64,000 bases of DNA, from NCBI GenBank assembly GCA_963731595.1, contig CAVSWE010000003.1, positions 44,948 through 108,947 on the forward strand, given 5' to 3'. Positions 29,637 to 39,025 of this stretch are shown piece after piece; the stretch's first letter is position 1, and each line of letters opens with the position of its first letter. A program made the position numbers and the translations under genes. A model generated the notes under the pieces. That model saw only the letters and a program-made list of their open reading frames with translations. It was not told the DNA's origin and did no database searches. The DNA comes from an uncultured delta proteobacterium (GTDB taxonomy: Bacteria; Myxococcota_A; Polyangia; Polyangiales; Polyangiaceae).

Positions 29637-30409
29637 CGAGCCCGTCCACTTCGGCGCCCGCTTCGCGAGGAACGCGTCGATGCCCTCGTTGCCGTCGTGG
29701 CTCGGGAGGAGCCTCTCGACGTACGCGCGCTCGGCCTCGGCGAGCGGACCTTCGAGGCTCGCCGAGAGACCCGAGCCCGCGCGCGCGACGCGCGTCGCCT
29801 CGCGCAGCGAGAAGGGCGAGAGCGGCGCGAGCGTCTCGGCGAACCACGTCGCGAGCCACGCGTCGGGATCGCTCCCCGGCGGAAGGACGTGCGCGACGAA
29901 GCCGCAGGCGCGCGCGCCCGCCGCGTCGAGCGGCGCGCCCGTGAGGAGCATGCGCTCGGCGAGCGCGCCGCCGAGCCGCCGAGGCCCGAGGACCGCGAGC
30001 ACGGGCGGAAAGACGCCGAGCTTGATCTCCGGGCACGCGAAGCTCGCGTCCTCGGTCGCGAAGACGAAGTGCGACGCGAGCGCGAGCTCGAACGCGCCGC
30101 CGAGGCAGCGCCCCTCGACGAGGCACGCGACTGGAATCGGAAACCTCGCGACGCGCCGGACGAGCGCGTGAAACGCCGCGAGCATCGCGGGCGCGGACTC
30201 GCGGCGATGCTCGGGCACCGACGCGCCGAAGGAGAAATTCCCTCCCGCGCCTCGAAGGACGACGAGCCGGAGGTCCGGGTCGCTCGCGTGCGCGTCCAGC
30301 GACGCGCCAATCTCGCGCATCATCTCCATCGAGAGGACGTTCGCGCGTGGCTCGTCGAGGACCACGCGCAAGAGCGCGCCGTCGGCGAGAACCTCGGTCC
30401 GAGTCGTGC
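29637..30409 (-). CDS. Enoyl-CoA hydratase/isomerase (crotonase) family; candidate dienoyl-CoA hydratase (Dch-like)
   Basis: RBS GGGGAG then GTG. 'VVLRGAGGNFSFGASV...CLVEGRCLGGAFELALASHFVFATEDASFACPEIKLGVFPP', the crotonase oxyanion-hole region. Confidence 0.65.
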
Positions 30410-30415
30410 CCACAA

Positions 30416-31533
30416 TCAGCTCCCCTTGCGACGGCGCGCGCGCGCCGACGGCGGCAAGACCTCCTCGACGAGCGCGTCGTCGAACAGCGCGCCCTCCGCG
30501 AGGCGCTTGCGCAGCAGCACGAAATCGATCTCGCGCTCGTTCTTGTCGCCGTAGTGGAACGCCGCGAAGCCCGCGGCCGCCTCGGTCGTCATGTTGAGCG
30601 ACAGCCAGCTGCGGCTCGTCTCGGCGTTCTGGAACCAGTGCTCGAGCTTCTTCTTGCGGAGGCTCTCGAGCGTCTTCCGCGTGCAGTCGGGGAAGGTGTA
30701 GAGGAGCTTGGTCGCGAGGCGCTCGACCGCCTCGTCGAGGAGAGAGAGGTCGATGGTGCACGCCTTCGCCTCGGCGCGCCCGACCTCGGCGGCCGCGCCG
30801 GTCTTCCACTCGCCGTAGACGATGCGGCCCATCTCGTCGGCGTAGCGGTCGGTGATCACGGTCGGGTTCGCGACGAACGCGCCGCTCGCGTCCCTGTGCA
30901 CCGGCACGACGTCGGTGAGGAGGCCCAGGCGCATCGCCTTCTGCGCGCTCCACGGCTCGCAGAGCGAGAGCGACTCGGCGGCGTGCGAGACGCCGACGAA
31001 GAGGTGCAGGAAGTCGGTCGCGCCGCCATCGGGCGCCGAGCCGTGCACCGGACCGGCCTGACCGAAGCGCGCGTGATCGCCGGCGACGGAGAAGTCGCAG
31101 GCCATCCCGATCTCTTGCCCGCCGCCGATGCGCATCCCGTTGACGCGGCAGATGACCGGCTTGTCGCAGAGCAGCAGCGCCGTGACCATGTCGTTGAAGA
31201 GGCGCATGTACTGCAGGTATTCGAGCGGCCGGCCGGCGTAGTAGCTCGCGTACTCCGCGGTGTTTCCGCCCGTGCAGAAGGCTTTGCTGCCGGTGCCGGT
31301 GAAGACGACGCACACGGCGCGTCGATCGGTGCTCGCGCGGCGAAGCGCGAGGATCACGTCCTTCACCGCGGCGGTCGTGTAGGAGTTCAGCTGCGCCTCG
31401 TTGTCGAGGGCGATGACGATCTGGTGGAGGCCTTCGACCGGCTTGCCGTCGCGACCGCGGATCGGGCGCTGCTCGTAACGGATGTTTCGGAGCTCGAACT
31501 GCGGGACGAGGTCGTGGTTCTTGAGGTCGGTCA
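30416..31533 (-). CDS. 6-oxocyclohex-1-ene-1-carbonyl-CoA hydrolase (Oah/BamA-like ring-cleaving crotonase)
   Basis: RBS GGAGGAG. About 372 aa crotonase-family protein: 'VCVVFTGTGSKAFCTGGNTAEY...VICRVNGMRIGGGQEIGMACDFSVAGDHARFGQAGP' plus a long C-terminal extension typical of Oah/BamA. Confidence 0.65.
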
Positions 31534-31644
31534 TGGCTCTCCTCCGAGGGTCTCGAGGAGATCCGTACCGGACGAACGTTCGTCCCCAGTTGATTTGGAT
31601 CAAGTGGCCGGATCGGCGGTCGTGACATGACCGGAGGAGACGCG

Positions 31645-32540
31645 ATGTTCGACTGGAACGAGCCTGATCCGGCCTCGTGGGCGCGCTCGCCGCGGGTCGT
31701 CGACGAGACGCTGCGCGACGGGCTGCAGAGCGCGTCGACGCGGGATCCGCCGCTCGATCGCAAGCTCGCCATCCTCCACGCGATGGCCGCGATCGGCGTC
31801 GACTTCGCGTCGCTCGGGCTGCCGGCCGCCGGGCCGCGCGCGGCGCACGACGTCCTCGAGCTCGCGCGGGAGTGCGCGGCCGCGCGCTTGGCGCCGAGGC
31901 CCACGGCGGCGGCGCGGACGACCGAGGCCGACGTGCGCGTCATCGCCGACATCAGCCAGACCGCGGGCGTCGCGATCGACGTGTACGCGTTCATCGGGTG
32001 CTCGCCGATCCGCCGGTACGTCGAGGGATGGTCGATCGAGTGGCTGCTCGATCACGTGCGCTCGAGCGCGGACGTCGCGCGCCGCGCGGGGCTCACCTAT
32101 TGCCTCGTGATGGAGGACACGACGCGCACGCCGCCGGACGTCCTTCGCGAAGTGTTCGCGACGGCGCTCGACGCGGGCGCGAAGCGGGTCTGTCTGTGCG
32201 ACACGGTCGGGCACGCCGATCCGCGCGGCGTCGCGAGCCTCGTCGGCTTCGCGCGGCGGACGCTCGCCTCGCTCGGCGCCCCCGAGACCGAAATCGATTG
32301 GCACGGGCACAACGACCGCGGGCTCGCGCTCGGCAACGCGCTCGCCGCCGCGCGCGCGGGCGCGACGGGCGTGCACGGCGCCGCGGGCGGAATCGGCGAG
32401 CGCACGGGAAACGTGCCCACCGAGCAGCTCGTCGCGCAGCTCGCGGCGATGGGCGCGCGGTCGAGCCCGTCCGCGTCCGCGCTCGAGGCGTACCGCGAGA
32501 CGGCCGTGCCCGACTCGGCGCGCGCCGCGCCGCGTGAAGA
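31645..32540 (+). CDS. DRE-TIM metallolyase (HMGL-like / isopropylmalate-synthase-like pyruvate carboxyltransferase domain)
   Basis: 'VVDETLRDGLQS' and 'HGHNDRGLALGNALAAARAGATGVHGAAGGIGERTGNVPTEQLV'. There is no stop codon between this domain and the following 2Fe-2S domain in the same frame; the 3' end given is an estimate. Confidence 0.5.
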
Positions 32541-32553
32541 GACCGCGGTCCGC

Positions 32554-33072
32554 GTGCGCCTGCGCGTGAACGGCGAGTCCCTCGAGATTCACGCCAAGCC
32601 GAGCCGCACGCTCCTCGAAGTGCTCCGCTACGACCTGCGCCTCGTCGCGACCAAACAAGGCTGCGACCAGGGCGAGTGCGGCGCCTGCACGGTCCTCCTC
32701 GACGGCGAGCCGGTGCTCGCGTGCTTGACGCTTGCGGCGGCGTGCGGCGGCCGCGAGATCGTCACGGCCGAATCGATCGCGTCGGACGACGCGCTGCTCG
32801 AGGCGTTCGACTGCACCGGCGCGGGCCAGTGCGGCTTCTGCACTTCTGGCATGCTCCTCTCGTCGAAGGCGCTCCTCGCGCGCGAGCCGCGCCCGTCGCG
32901 CGCGCGCATCCGTCAGGCGATCAGCGGGAACTTGTGCCGATGCACCGGCTACGGGCCGATCGTCGAGGCCGTCGAGATCGCCGCCGGGACGCGCGAGGCG
33001 CCGTTCGATTCGCCGCGGCTCGGACACGAGTGCGCGCCGAAGCCGCTGCCGCCGTACGCGGGGACGAAGTGA
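32554..33072 (+). CDS. [2Fe-2S] small subunit of xanthine-dehydrogenase-family enzyme (HcrC/CoxS-like); start uncertain
   Basis: 'LRVNGESLEI...ATKQGCDQGECGACTVLLDGEPVLAC...CGFCTSGM...GNLCRCTGYGPIV', both 2Fe-2S cysteine clusters. In-frame continuation of the upstream ORF; an internal GTG was chosen as start. Confidence 0.6.
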   Translation: MRLRVNGESLEIHAKPSRTLLEVLRYDLRLVATKQGCDQGECGACTVLLDGEPVLACLTLAAACGGREIVTAESIASDDALLEAFDCTGAGQCGFCTSGMLLSSKALLAREPRPSRARIRQAISGNLCRCTGYGPIVEAVEIAAGTREAPFDSPRLGHECAPKPLPPYAGTK

Positions 33073-35351
33073 GCGCCGAAGGCCTCGTCGGACGGCGCGG
33101 ACGCCGCGGAGACCTCGCGCGCCGCGTTCGCGGCGAGGTCGCCTTCACCGACGATCTCGAGCTGCCCCGCATGCTGCACGCGAAGCTCGTGCGCTCGCCG
33201 CACCCGCACGCTCGCATCGTGCGCGTCGACGCGTCGCGCGCGCTCGCGCTGCCCGGCGCGGTCGCGGTCCTCACGGGCGACGCGATGCCGGCGCGCTTCG
33301 GCGTCATCCCGTGGACGCCCGACGAGCACGCGCTCGCGATCGGCGAGGCGCGCTTCGTGGGCGACGCGGTCGCGGCGGTCGCCGCGCGCGACGAGCGAAC
33401 CGCGTTCGAAGCCGCCGCGCTCGTCCGAGTCGAATACGAGGTGCTGCCCGCCGCGACGACGCTCGACGCGGCGATCCGCTCGCCGGAAATCGGCCTCGGA
33501 CGCGACCGCAAAGACAACGTCAGCAAGGCCGTGAGCCTCGCGTTCGGCGACGTCGACGAGGCGTTCGAGGTCGCCGACGTCACGATCGAAGGCGAGTATT
33601 TCTTCGACGGGAGCGCCCACGCGCCCATCGAGCCGCACTGCGCGATCGCGCGCTACGACGCGAGCGGTCTGCTGACGCTCTGGTCGACGACGCAAGTTCC
33701 CCATTACGTGCACCGCGAGCTCTCGCGCGTCCTCGGCGTCTCGCCGGCGCGCATCCGCGTCGTGCAGCCGCCGGTGGGGGGCGCGTTCGGGGGAAAGAGC
33801 GAGCCCTTCGGTCACGAGATGGTCGTCGCGAAGCTCGCGATGACGACGGGGCGCCCGGTGAAGATCCTCCTCACGCGCGAAGAGGAGTTCTACGTCCACC
33901 GCGGCCGGCACCCGATGCGCATGCGAATGCGCGCCGGCGCGAGCCGCGACGGAAAGCTCCTCGCGCTCGACGCACGCACCGACATCGACGGCGGCGCGTA
34001 CTCGTCGTTCGGTCTCGTGACGACGTACTACTCGGGGCAGCTCCTCACGATCCCGACGGTGCCCGCGACGTACCGGTTCTCGTCGACGCGCTACTTCACG
34101 AACAAGCCGCCCTGCGGGCCGAAGCGCGGACACGGCAGCGTGCAGCCGCGCTTCGCGCTCGAGATCACGCTCGACAAAATCGCGACGGCGCTCGGACTCG
34201 ACCCGATCGAGCTACGCCGTCGAAACTCGGCGGAGTCGAGCTCGACGACCGTGAACGGAATGACCGTCACGTCGAACGGGCACCTCGAGTGTCTCGCGCG
34301 CGTCGAGGCCGCCTCGGGCTGGAAGGAGCGCCGCGGAAAGCTGGGATTCGGTCGCGGCCTCGGCGTCGCCTCGTCGGCGTACATCTCCGGGACGAACCAC
34401 CCGATCTACCCGAACGAGATGCCGCAGAGCGCCGTGCAGCTCAAGGTCGACCGCTCCGGCGTCGTCACGGTCTTCAACGGCGCGAGCGAGATCGGGCAAG
34501 GCACCGACGCGATGCTGGCGACGATCGTCGCCGAGGAGCTCGGGCTCGACCTCGGCTGCGTGCGCGTCGTCTCGGCGGACACCGATTTGTGCCCGGTCGA
34601 TCTCGGCGCGTACTCGTCGCGCGGGACGTTCATGAACGGAAACGCGTGCCTCTCGGCGGCCAGGCAAATCAAGGAGAAGCTCGTCGAGGCAGTGGCGGCG
34701 TCGTTCGAGGTCGCGCCGCGCGACGTGTTCGTGTCGCGCGGCTTCTTGTGCGTGCGCGGAGACGAATCGCGCGCGGTGCCGGTCGACGAAGCGATTCGCC
34801 TCGCGGAGGCGAAGCACGGCACGCTCGGCGCCGTCGGCTGGTACAAGTCGGCGCCCGACCTCGGCGGAAGATACCGCGGCGGCACGATCGGCGCGTCGCC
34901 GGCGTACTCGTTCACGGCCCACGTGGCGGAGGTGGCGGTCGACGTGGAGACGGGCGTCGTGGAGGTCGTCCGGGTGTGGTGCGCGCACGACTGCGGCAAG
35001 GCGATCTGTCCGACGCAGGTCCTCGGGCAGATCGAGGGGAGCGTCTACATGGGCGTCGCCGAGGCGCTCTTCGAGGGGCACACGGTCGACGCGAACGGGA
35101 TGCACCACGGCCCCAACTTGCTCGACTACCGCATCCCGACGAGCCTCGACGTGCCGGCGATCGACGCGATGATCGTCGAGTCGATCGACCCGGGCGGCCC
35201 GTACGGCGCGAAGGAGGCGGGCGAAGGTCCGCTTCACTCGAGCATCCCCGCCGTCGTCAACGCGATCTTCGACGCGATCGGCGTCCGGATCGACACGCTC
35301 CCGGTCGCGCCGGAGCGCGTCTTGCGCGCGCTACGCGAAAGGGGGACGTGA
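33069..35351 (+). CDS. Molybdopterin-binding large subunit of xanthine-dehydrogenase family (HcrA-like, candidate 4-hydroxybenzoyl-CoA reductase alpha)
   Basis: 760 aa. 'RVVQPPVGGAFGGK', 'GASEIGQGTDAMLATIVAEELG', 'ESIDPGGPYGAKEAGEGP'. GTG overlaps the upstream TGA. Confidence 0.75.
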   Translation: MSAEGLVGRRGRRGDLARRVRGEVAFTDDLELPRMLHAKLVRSPHPHARIVRVDASRALALPGAVAVLTGDAMPARFGVIPWTPDEHALAIGEARFVGDAVAAVAARDERTAFEAAALVRVEYEVLPAATTLDAAIRSPEIGLGRDRKDNVSKAVSLAFGDVDEAFEVADVTIEGEYFFDGSAHAPIEPHCAIARYDASGLLTLWSTTQVPHYVHRELSRVLGVSPARIRVVQPPVGGAFGGKSEPFGHEMVVAKLAMTTGRPVKILLTREEEFYVHRGRHPMRMRMRAGASRDGKLLALDARTDIDGGAYSSFGLVTTYYSGQLLTIPTVPATYRFSSTRYFTNKPPCGPKRGHGSVQPRFALEITLDKIATALGLDPIELRRRNSAESSSTTVNGMTVTSNGHLECLARVEAASGWKERRGKLGFGRGLGVASSAYISGTNHPIYPNEMPQSAVQLKVDRSGVVTVFNGASEIGQGTDAMLATIVAEELGLDLGCVRVVSADTDLCPVDLGAYSSRGTFMNGNACLSAARQIKEKLVEAVAASFEVAPRDVFVSRGFLCVRGDESRAVPVDEAIRLAEAKHGTLGAVGWYKSAPDLGGRYRGGTIGASPAYSFTAHVAEVAVDVETGVVEVVRVWCAHDCGKAICPTQVLGQIEGSVYMGVAEALFEGHTVDANGMHHGPNLLDYRIPTSLDVPAIDAMIVESIDPGGPYGAKEAGEGPLHSSIPAVVNAIFDAIGVRIDTLPVAPERVLRALRERGT

Positions 35352-35352
35352 C

Positions 35353-36357
35353 GTGCTCCCGCTGCCCGCCTTCGACTTTCACGCGCCGCGGTCGATCGCC
35401 GAAGCGCTCGCGCTGCTCGAGCGGTGGGGCGGCGAGGCGGCGCTCGTCGCCGGCGGCACCGATCTGCTCCCGAACATGAAGCGCGGCCTCGCGTCGCCGC
35501 GGCACCTCGTGTCGCTGCGCGACGTCACCGGGCTCTCGAGCATTCGCGTCGACGGGGCGTGGCTGCACGTCGGCGCCACGACGTCGCTCGGCGCGATCGA
35601 CGCGAGCGCCCTGGTGCGCGAGCGCGCCGCGGCCCTCGCGGAGGCGGCGGGCGCGGTGGGCGGACCGCAGCATCGGACGATGGGCACGCTCGGCGGCAAC
35701 CTCTGCCTCGACACGCGATGCCGCTTCTACGATCAATCGCACTTCTGGCGGAGCGCGCTCGGCTTTTGCTTGAAGAAGGACGGAACGGCGTGTCACGTCG
35801 TGCCGGGCGGGCGGCGATGCGTGGCCGCGGCCTCGAACGACACGGCGACAGCCGCGATCGCCCTCGACGCGACGATCGAGCTCGCGAGCCCGCGCGGACC
35901 GCGGAGCGTCGCGGCGCGCGACTTCTACACGACCGACGGAGCCGCCAACACCGTTCGCGCGCCGGACGAGATCGTCGTGGCGCTCCGCGTGCCGCTCGAG
36001 GCGCGGGCGAGCGCTTACGAGAAGCTCCGGCGCCGCGGCGCGATCGACTTCCCGCTGCTCTCGGTCGCCGCCGCCGCCGTGGTGCGGGAGGATCGCGTGG
36101 CATCGCTCGAGATCGTCGTCTCCGCGCTCGCCGCGCGCCCGCGCCGAGTCGGCGTCGCGGGCGCGCTCGGCCTCGCGGCCGCCGCAGTGCCGATCGAAGC
36201 CCTCGCGCAGAGCGCGAGACGAGAGTGCACGCCGCTGTCGAACGTCGACGGAGACTCGGCGTGGCGCAAAGAAATGGTCGGCGTGCTCGTCCTGCGCGCG
36301 CTCGCACGCGTGGGGCTCGGCGCGGCAGGTAGCCGGAGGGAGGTAGAACCACGATGA
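35353..36357 (+). CDS. FAD-binding subunit (CoxM/HcrB-like) with cysteine-rich insertion loop (putative extra [4Fe-4S])
   Basis: 'ALVAGGTDLLPNMK' FAD motif. Insertion 'GNLCLDTRCRFYDQSHFWRSALGFCLKKDGTACHVVPGGRRCVAA' carries 5 Cys, as in 4-hydroxybenzoyl-CoA reductase beta. Confidence 0.7.
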   Translation: MLPLPAFDFHAPRSIAEALALLERWGGEAALVAGGTDLLPNMKRGLASPRHLVSLRDVTGLSSIRVDGAWLHVGATTSLGAIDASALVRERAAALAEAAGAVGGPQHRTMGTLGGNLCLDTRCRFYDQSHFWRSALGFCLKKDGTACHVVPGGRRCVAAASNDTATAAIALDATIELASPRGPRSVAARDFYTTDGAANTVRAPDEIVVALRVPLEARASAYEKLRRRGAIDFPLLSVAAAAVVREDRVASLEIVVSALAARPRRVGVAGALGLAAAAVPIEALAQSARRECTPLSNVDGDSAWRKEMVGVLVLRALARVGLGAAGSRREVEPR

Positions 36358-37076
36358 TCATCCATCCAATGAAGACGGTCCGGGAAATCGTCCTCGGGGT
36401 CGGCGACGCCGCCTGCGTGTTCGACGAGCTCCACATCGATTACTGCTGCCGCGGCGCGAAGACGCTCGCCGACGCGTGCGCCGAGGTCGGCGTCCCGATG
36501 TCCGTCGCGATCACGCTGCTCGAGCACGAGGCGGTGCGTCGCGAGCCCCCGCCCGAGGCGGCGTGGGTCGACGCGCCGCTCGCCGAGCTCGTCGACTTCG
36601 TGGAGCACGACCACTATGCGTTCACGCGGGAGAAGATCGCGGCGCTGGCGCACCGCGCCTCGAACGTGCGGCGCGCCCACGGCGCTGCGCACCCGGAGCT
36701 CGTGCGCGTCGAAGAGCTCGTCTGCACGCTCGTGCGGGAGCTCGCGCCGCACATCGACCAAGAAGAGCGCGTCGTCTTTCCCGCGATCCGCGCGCTCGCC
36801 GAAGACAGCGCGATCCCGCCCGAGCTCGGCTCGCTCGTCCACGAGATGGTGTGCCAGCACGAGGGCATCGGCGCGCTCCTGCGACAGCTCCAGGGGGCGA
36901 CCGCCGACTACCTCGTGCCGTCCGACGCGAGTGCGCCCTTCGAGTCGCTCTACCAAGACCTCGACGCCCTCGAGCGCGAGGTTCGACATCACGTTCACCT
37001 CGAGAACAACGTGGTCTTTCCGCGGGCGTTGGCGCTCGCGGGCGAGCCGCGCTCCTCGTGGTACCCTGAAGGTTGA
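36354..37076 (+). CDS. ytfE: Iron-sulfur cluster repair di-iron protein (RIC/YtfE/ScdA)
   Basis: 'KTVREIVLGVGDAACVFDELHIDYCCRGAKTLADACAE' (ScdA_N), then hemerythrin-like H/E motifs ('HDHYAFTREK', 'HEMVCQHEG', 'HHVHLENNVVFP'). ATG overlaps the hcrB stop. Confidence 0.8.
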   Translation: MIIHPMKTVREIVLGVGDAACVFDELHIDYCCRGAKTLADACAEVGVPMSVAITLLEHEAVRREPPPEAAWVDAPLAELVDFVEHDHYAFTREKIAALAHRASNVRRAHGAAHPELVRVEELVCTLVRELAPHIDQEERVVFPAIRALAEDSAIPPELGSLVHEMVCQHEGIGALLRQLQGATADYLVPSDASAPFESLYQDLDALEREVRHHVHLENNVVFPRALALAGEPRSSWYPEG

Positions 37077-37079
37077 CGC

Positions 37080-37742
37080 ATGGAAACGCGTAGCTGCCCC
37101 GATTGTCCTGCGTCGCGCATCGGCCTGCTCGGCGAGATGCTCCCGCACGCGCAGCACGCGTGCGCGTTTCGCGTCGCCACGGTGAGCGAGCGCGCGACGA
37201 TCCCGCACGCGTGGTTCGGCCGCTACGGGCTCGGTCTCGTGCGTCGCGGCATTCTCGTTCGCCAGCGAGTCGACGGGAGCGGTCGCGCGACCGCGGTCGA
37301 CGTCGTCGGCCCCGGAGGCGCGCTCCTGCTCGACGCGGGGAGCGAAGGCGACGTCTCCGGCTACGCGGCCGCCGAGGCGATGGTGTGCTTGTGTCCTTCG
37401 GAGCGGCTCGACGAGTCGTGCAGCTCGCTGCCGACCGCGCGCGACATGATGCGCCTCCAGTCGGTCGCGATCGAGCGGATGGATCGCCTCGCCGACGCCC
37501 GCAATCGGCCGACCGCCAGCGCGCGGCTCGCGGCGCTCCTCGCGGCGCTCGGCGACGTGCTCGCGCCGCCGCGGAAGCTCGACGTCATCCCGCCTCAGCT
37601 CCAGCGGCGCGATCTCGCCGCGCTGCTCGCGCTTCGCCACGAGTCGGTGTCGCGCGCCCTCGCGCAGCTCGAACGTACGGGCGCGATCAAGCGCACCCGC
37701 GACGGCATCGAGCTCCGCGACCGCGAAGCGCTGCGCGCCTGA
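37080..37742 (+). CDS. Crp/Fnr-family transcriptional regulator with N-terminal Cys pair
   Basis: C-terminal HTH 'RRDLAALLALRHESVSRALAQLERTGAIK'. N-terminal 'SCPDCPAS'. Central cNMP-like beta-roll. Confidence 0.7.
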   Translation: METRSCPDCPASRIGLLGEMLPHAQHACAFRVATVSERATIPHAWFGRYGLGLVRRGILVRQRVDGSGRATAVDVVGPGGALLLDAGSEGDVSGYAAAEAMVCLCPSERLDESCSSLPTARDMMRLQSVAIERMDRLADARNRPTASARLAALLAALGDVLAPPRKLDVIPPQLQRRDLAALLALRHESVSRALAQLERTGAIKRTRDGIELRDREALRA

Positions 37743-39025
37743 TCAGAACTGGATCGTGCGCTCCTGGACGCCCAGCGCGCGGAGCGACTGGCGCGGGCGG
37801 TAGAACTCCTTCCACAGATGGAGGTAGCCCTCGAGCAGACGATCGGGCGTCATGCGCGCCGGCCGGAAGACGACGTTCGCGTCGTTGTAGAGCGACCAAT
37901 CCCGCGTGAGCAGCCTGTCCGCGGCGACGAGCTCGTGGAAGACGGGCGTGCCCGGGTACGGCGTCATGATCGCGAACTCGGCCTTGCGGATCTTCGCTTC
38001 GTCGGCGAGCTCGAGCATCCGATCGAAGACCCCCTCGTCGTCGTCGTCGTTGCCGACGAGGAACGACGTGTACGGCTCGATGCCGTGATCGAGCGACTTT
38101 CGCACGGCGTCGAGCGCGAGCTGCCGCGCCTTGCCGTCCTTGCCGGTGAAGGCGGCCCGCGTGATCGGATCGAAGCCGCCGACGAGGTAGAACATCTTGA
38201 TGCCCGCCGAGCGCATGCGCCGGAGGACGTCGTCGTCGGTCGCGAGGATCATCGGCATGCTCACGCCGATGTAGCTGACCGGCGCGGCGCGCCCGGCGAA
38301 CGCGTCGACGACGCGCATGAAGCGCTTGTTCGCCGAGGAGAAGAACGCGGTGTCCTCGGTGAACGAGCCGAGCTTGCCGCGCGCGGCGAGCGCCTCGATC
38401 TGTCCGACGACGTGCTCGGTGGGGTAGTAGCGCATGCGCTTGCCCATCACCTCGGGGAGCGCGCACGCCGAGCAGCGCAGCGGACAGCCGCGCGACGTCT
38501 GGACGGGGTAATCGTCGGGCGCGAAGAGCCCGCCCTCTTTGTCGGTGTACAAATCGACGCGCGGCAGCGGCAGCGTCGCGAGATCGACCGGCGCCTCCGC
38601 GCGGTAGCGAGGCGCGAGCGCGCCGCGACGGAAATCGTCGAGGACGCGAGGCCAGATGCCGTCGCCTTCGCCCACGACCACCGCGTCGGCGTGCGCGCCG
38701 GCCTCGTCCGGGCGCATCGTCGGGAAGATTCCGCCCATGACGACCTTGCGGCCGCGCGCGCGAAACGCATCGGCGAGCTCCATCGCGCGCATCGCCGACG
38801 GCGTGAAGCAGGAGATGGCGACGAGATCGACGTCGTCGTCCAGGCCGACGTCCTCGAGGCGATCGTCGCGAAAATCGAGCTCCCAATCCTTCGGCGTGAC
38901 CGCGGCGAGGCACGCGATGCCGAGCGACGGCGGGCCGAAGTACTCGTTGCACGGCACCTCCTGTCGCAGCTCGGGGTGCGCCTCGGCGTGGCGGCGGAAT
39001 TTCGGATAGACGAAACGGACCTTCA
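37743..39025 (-). CDS. B12-binding radical SAM enzyme (class B rSAM)
   Basis: RBS GAGGAGG. GTG overlaps the ACAD stop (GTGA). B12-domain 'VDLVAISCFTPSAMRAMELADAFRARGRKVVMGG'. rSAM cluster 'TSRGCPLRCSACA' (Cx3Cx2C). Confidence 0.75.

Noticed and set aside
32732-35479. 915-aa plus-strand ORF
   Set aside because: It is an alternative frame of the hcrC/hcrA region and is extremely Arg-rich. The real frame carries XDH-family motifs.
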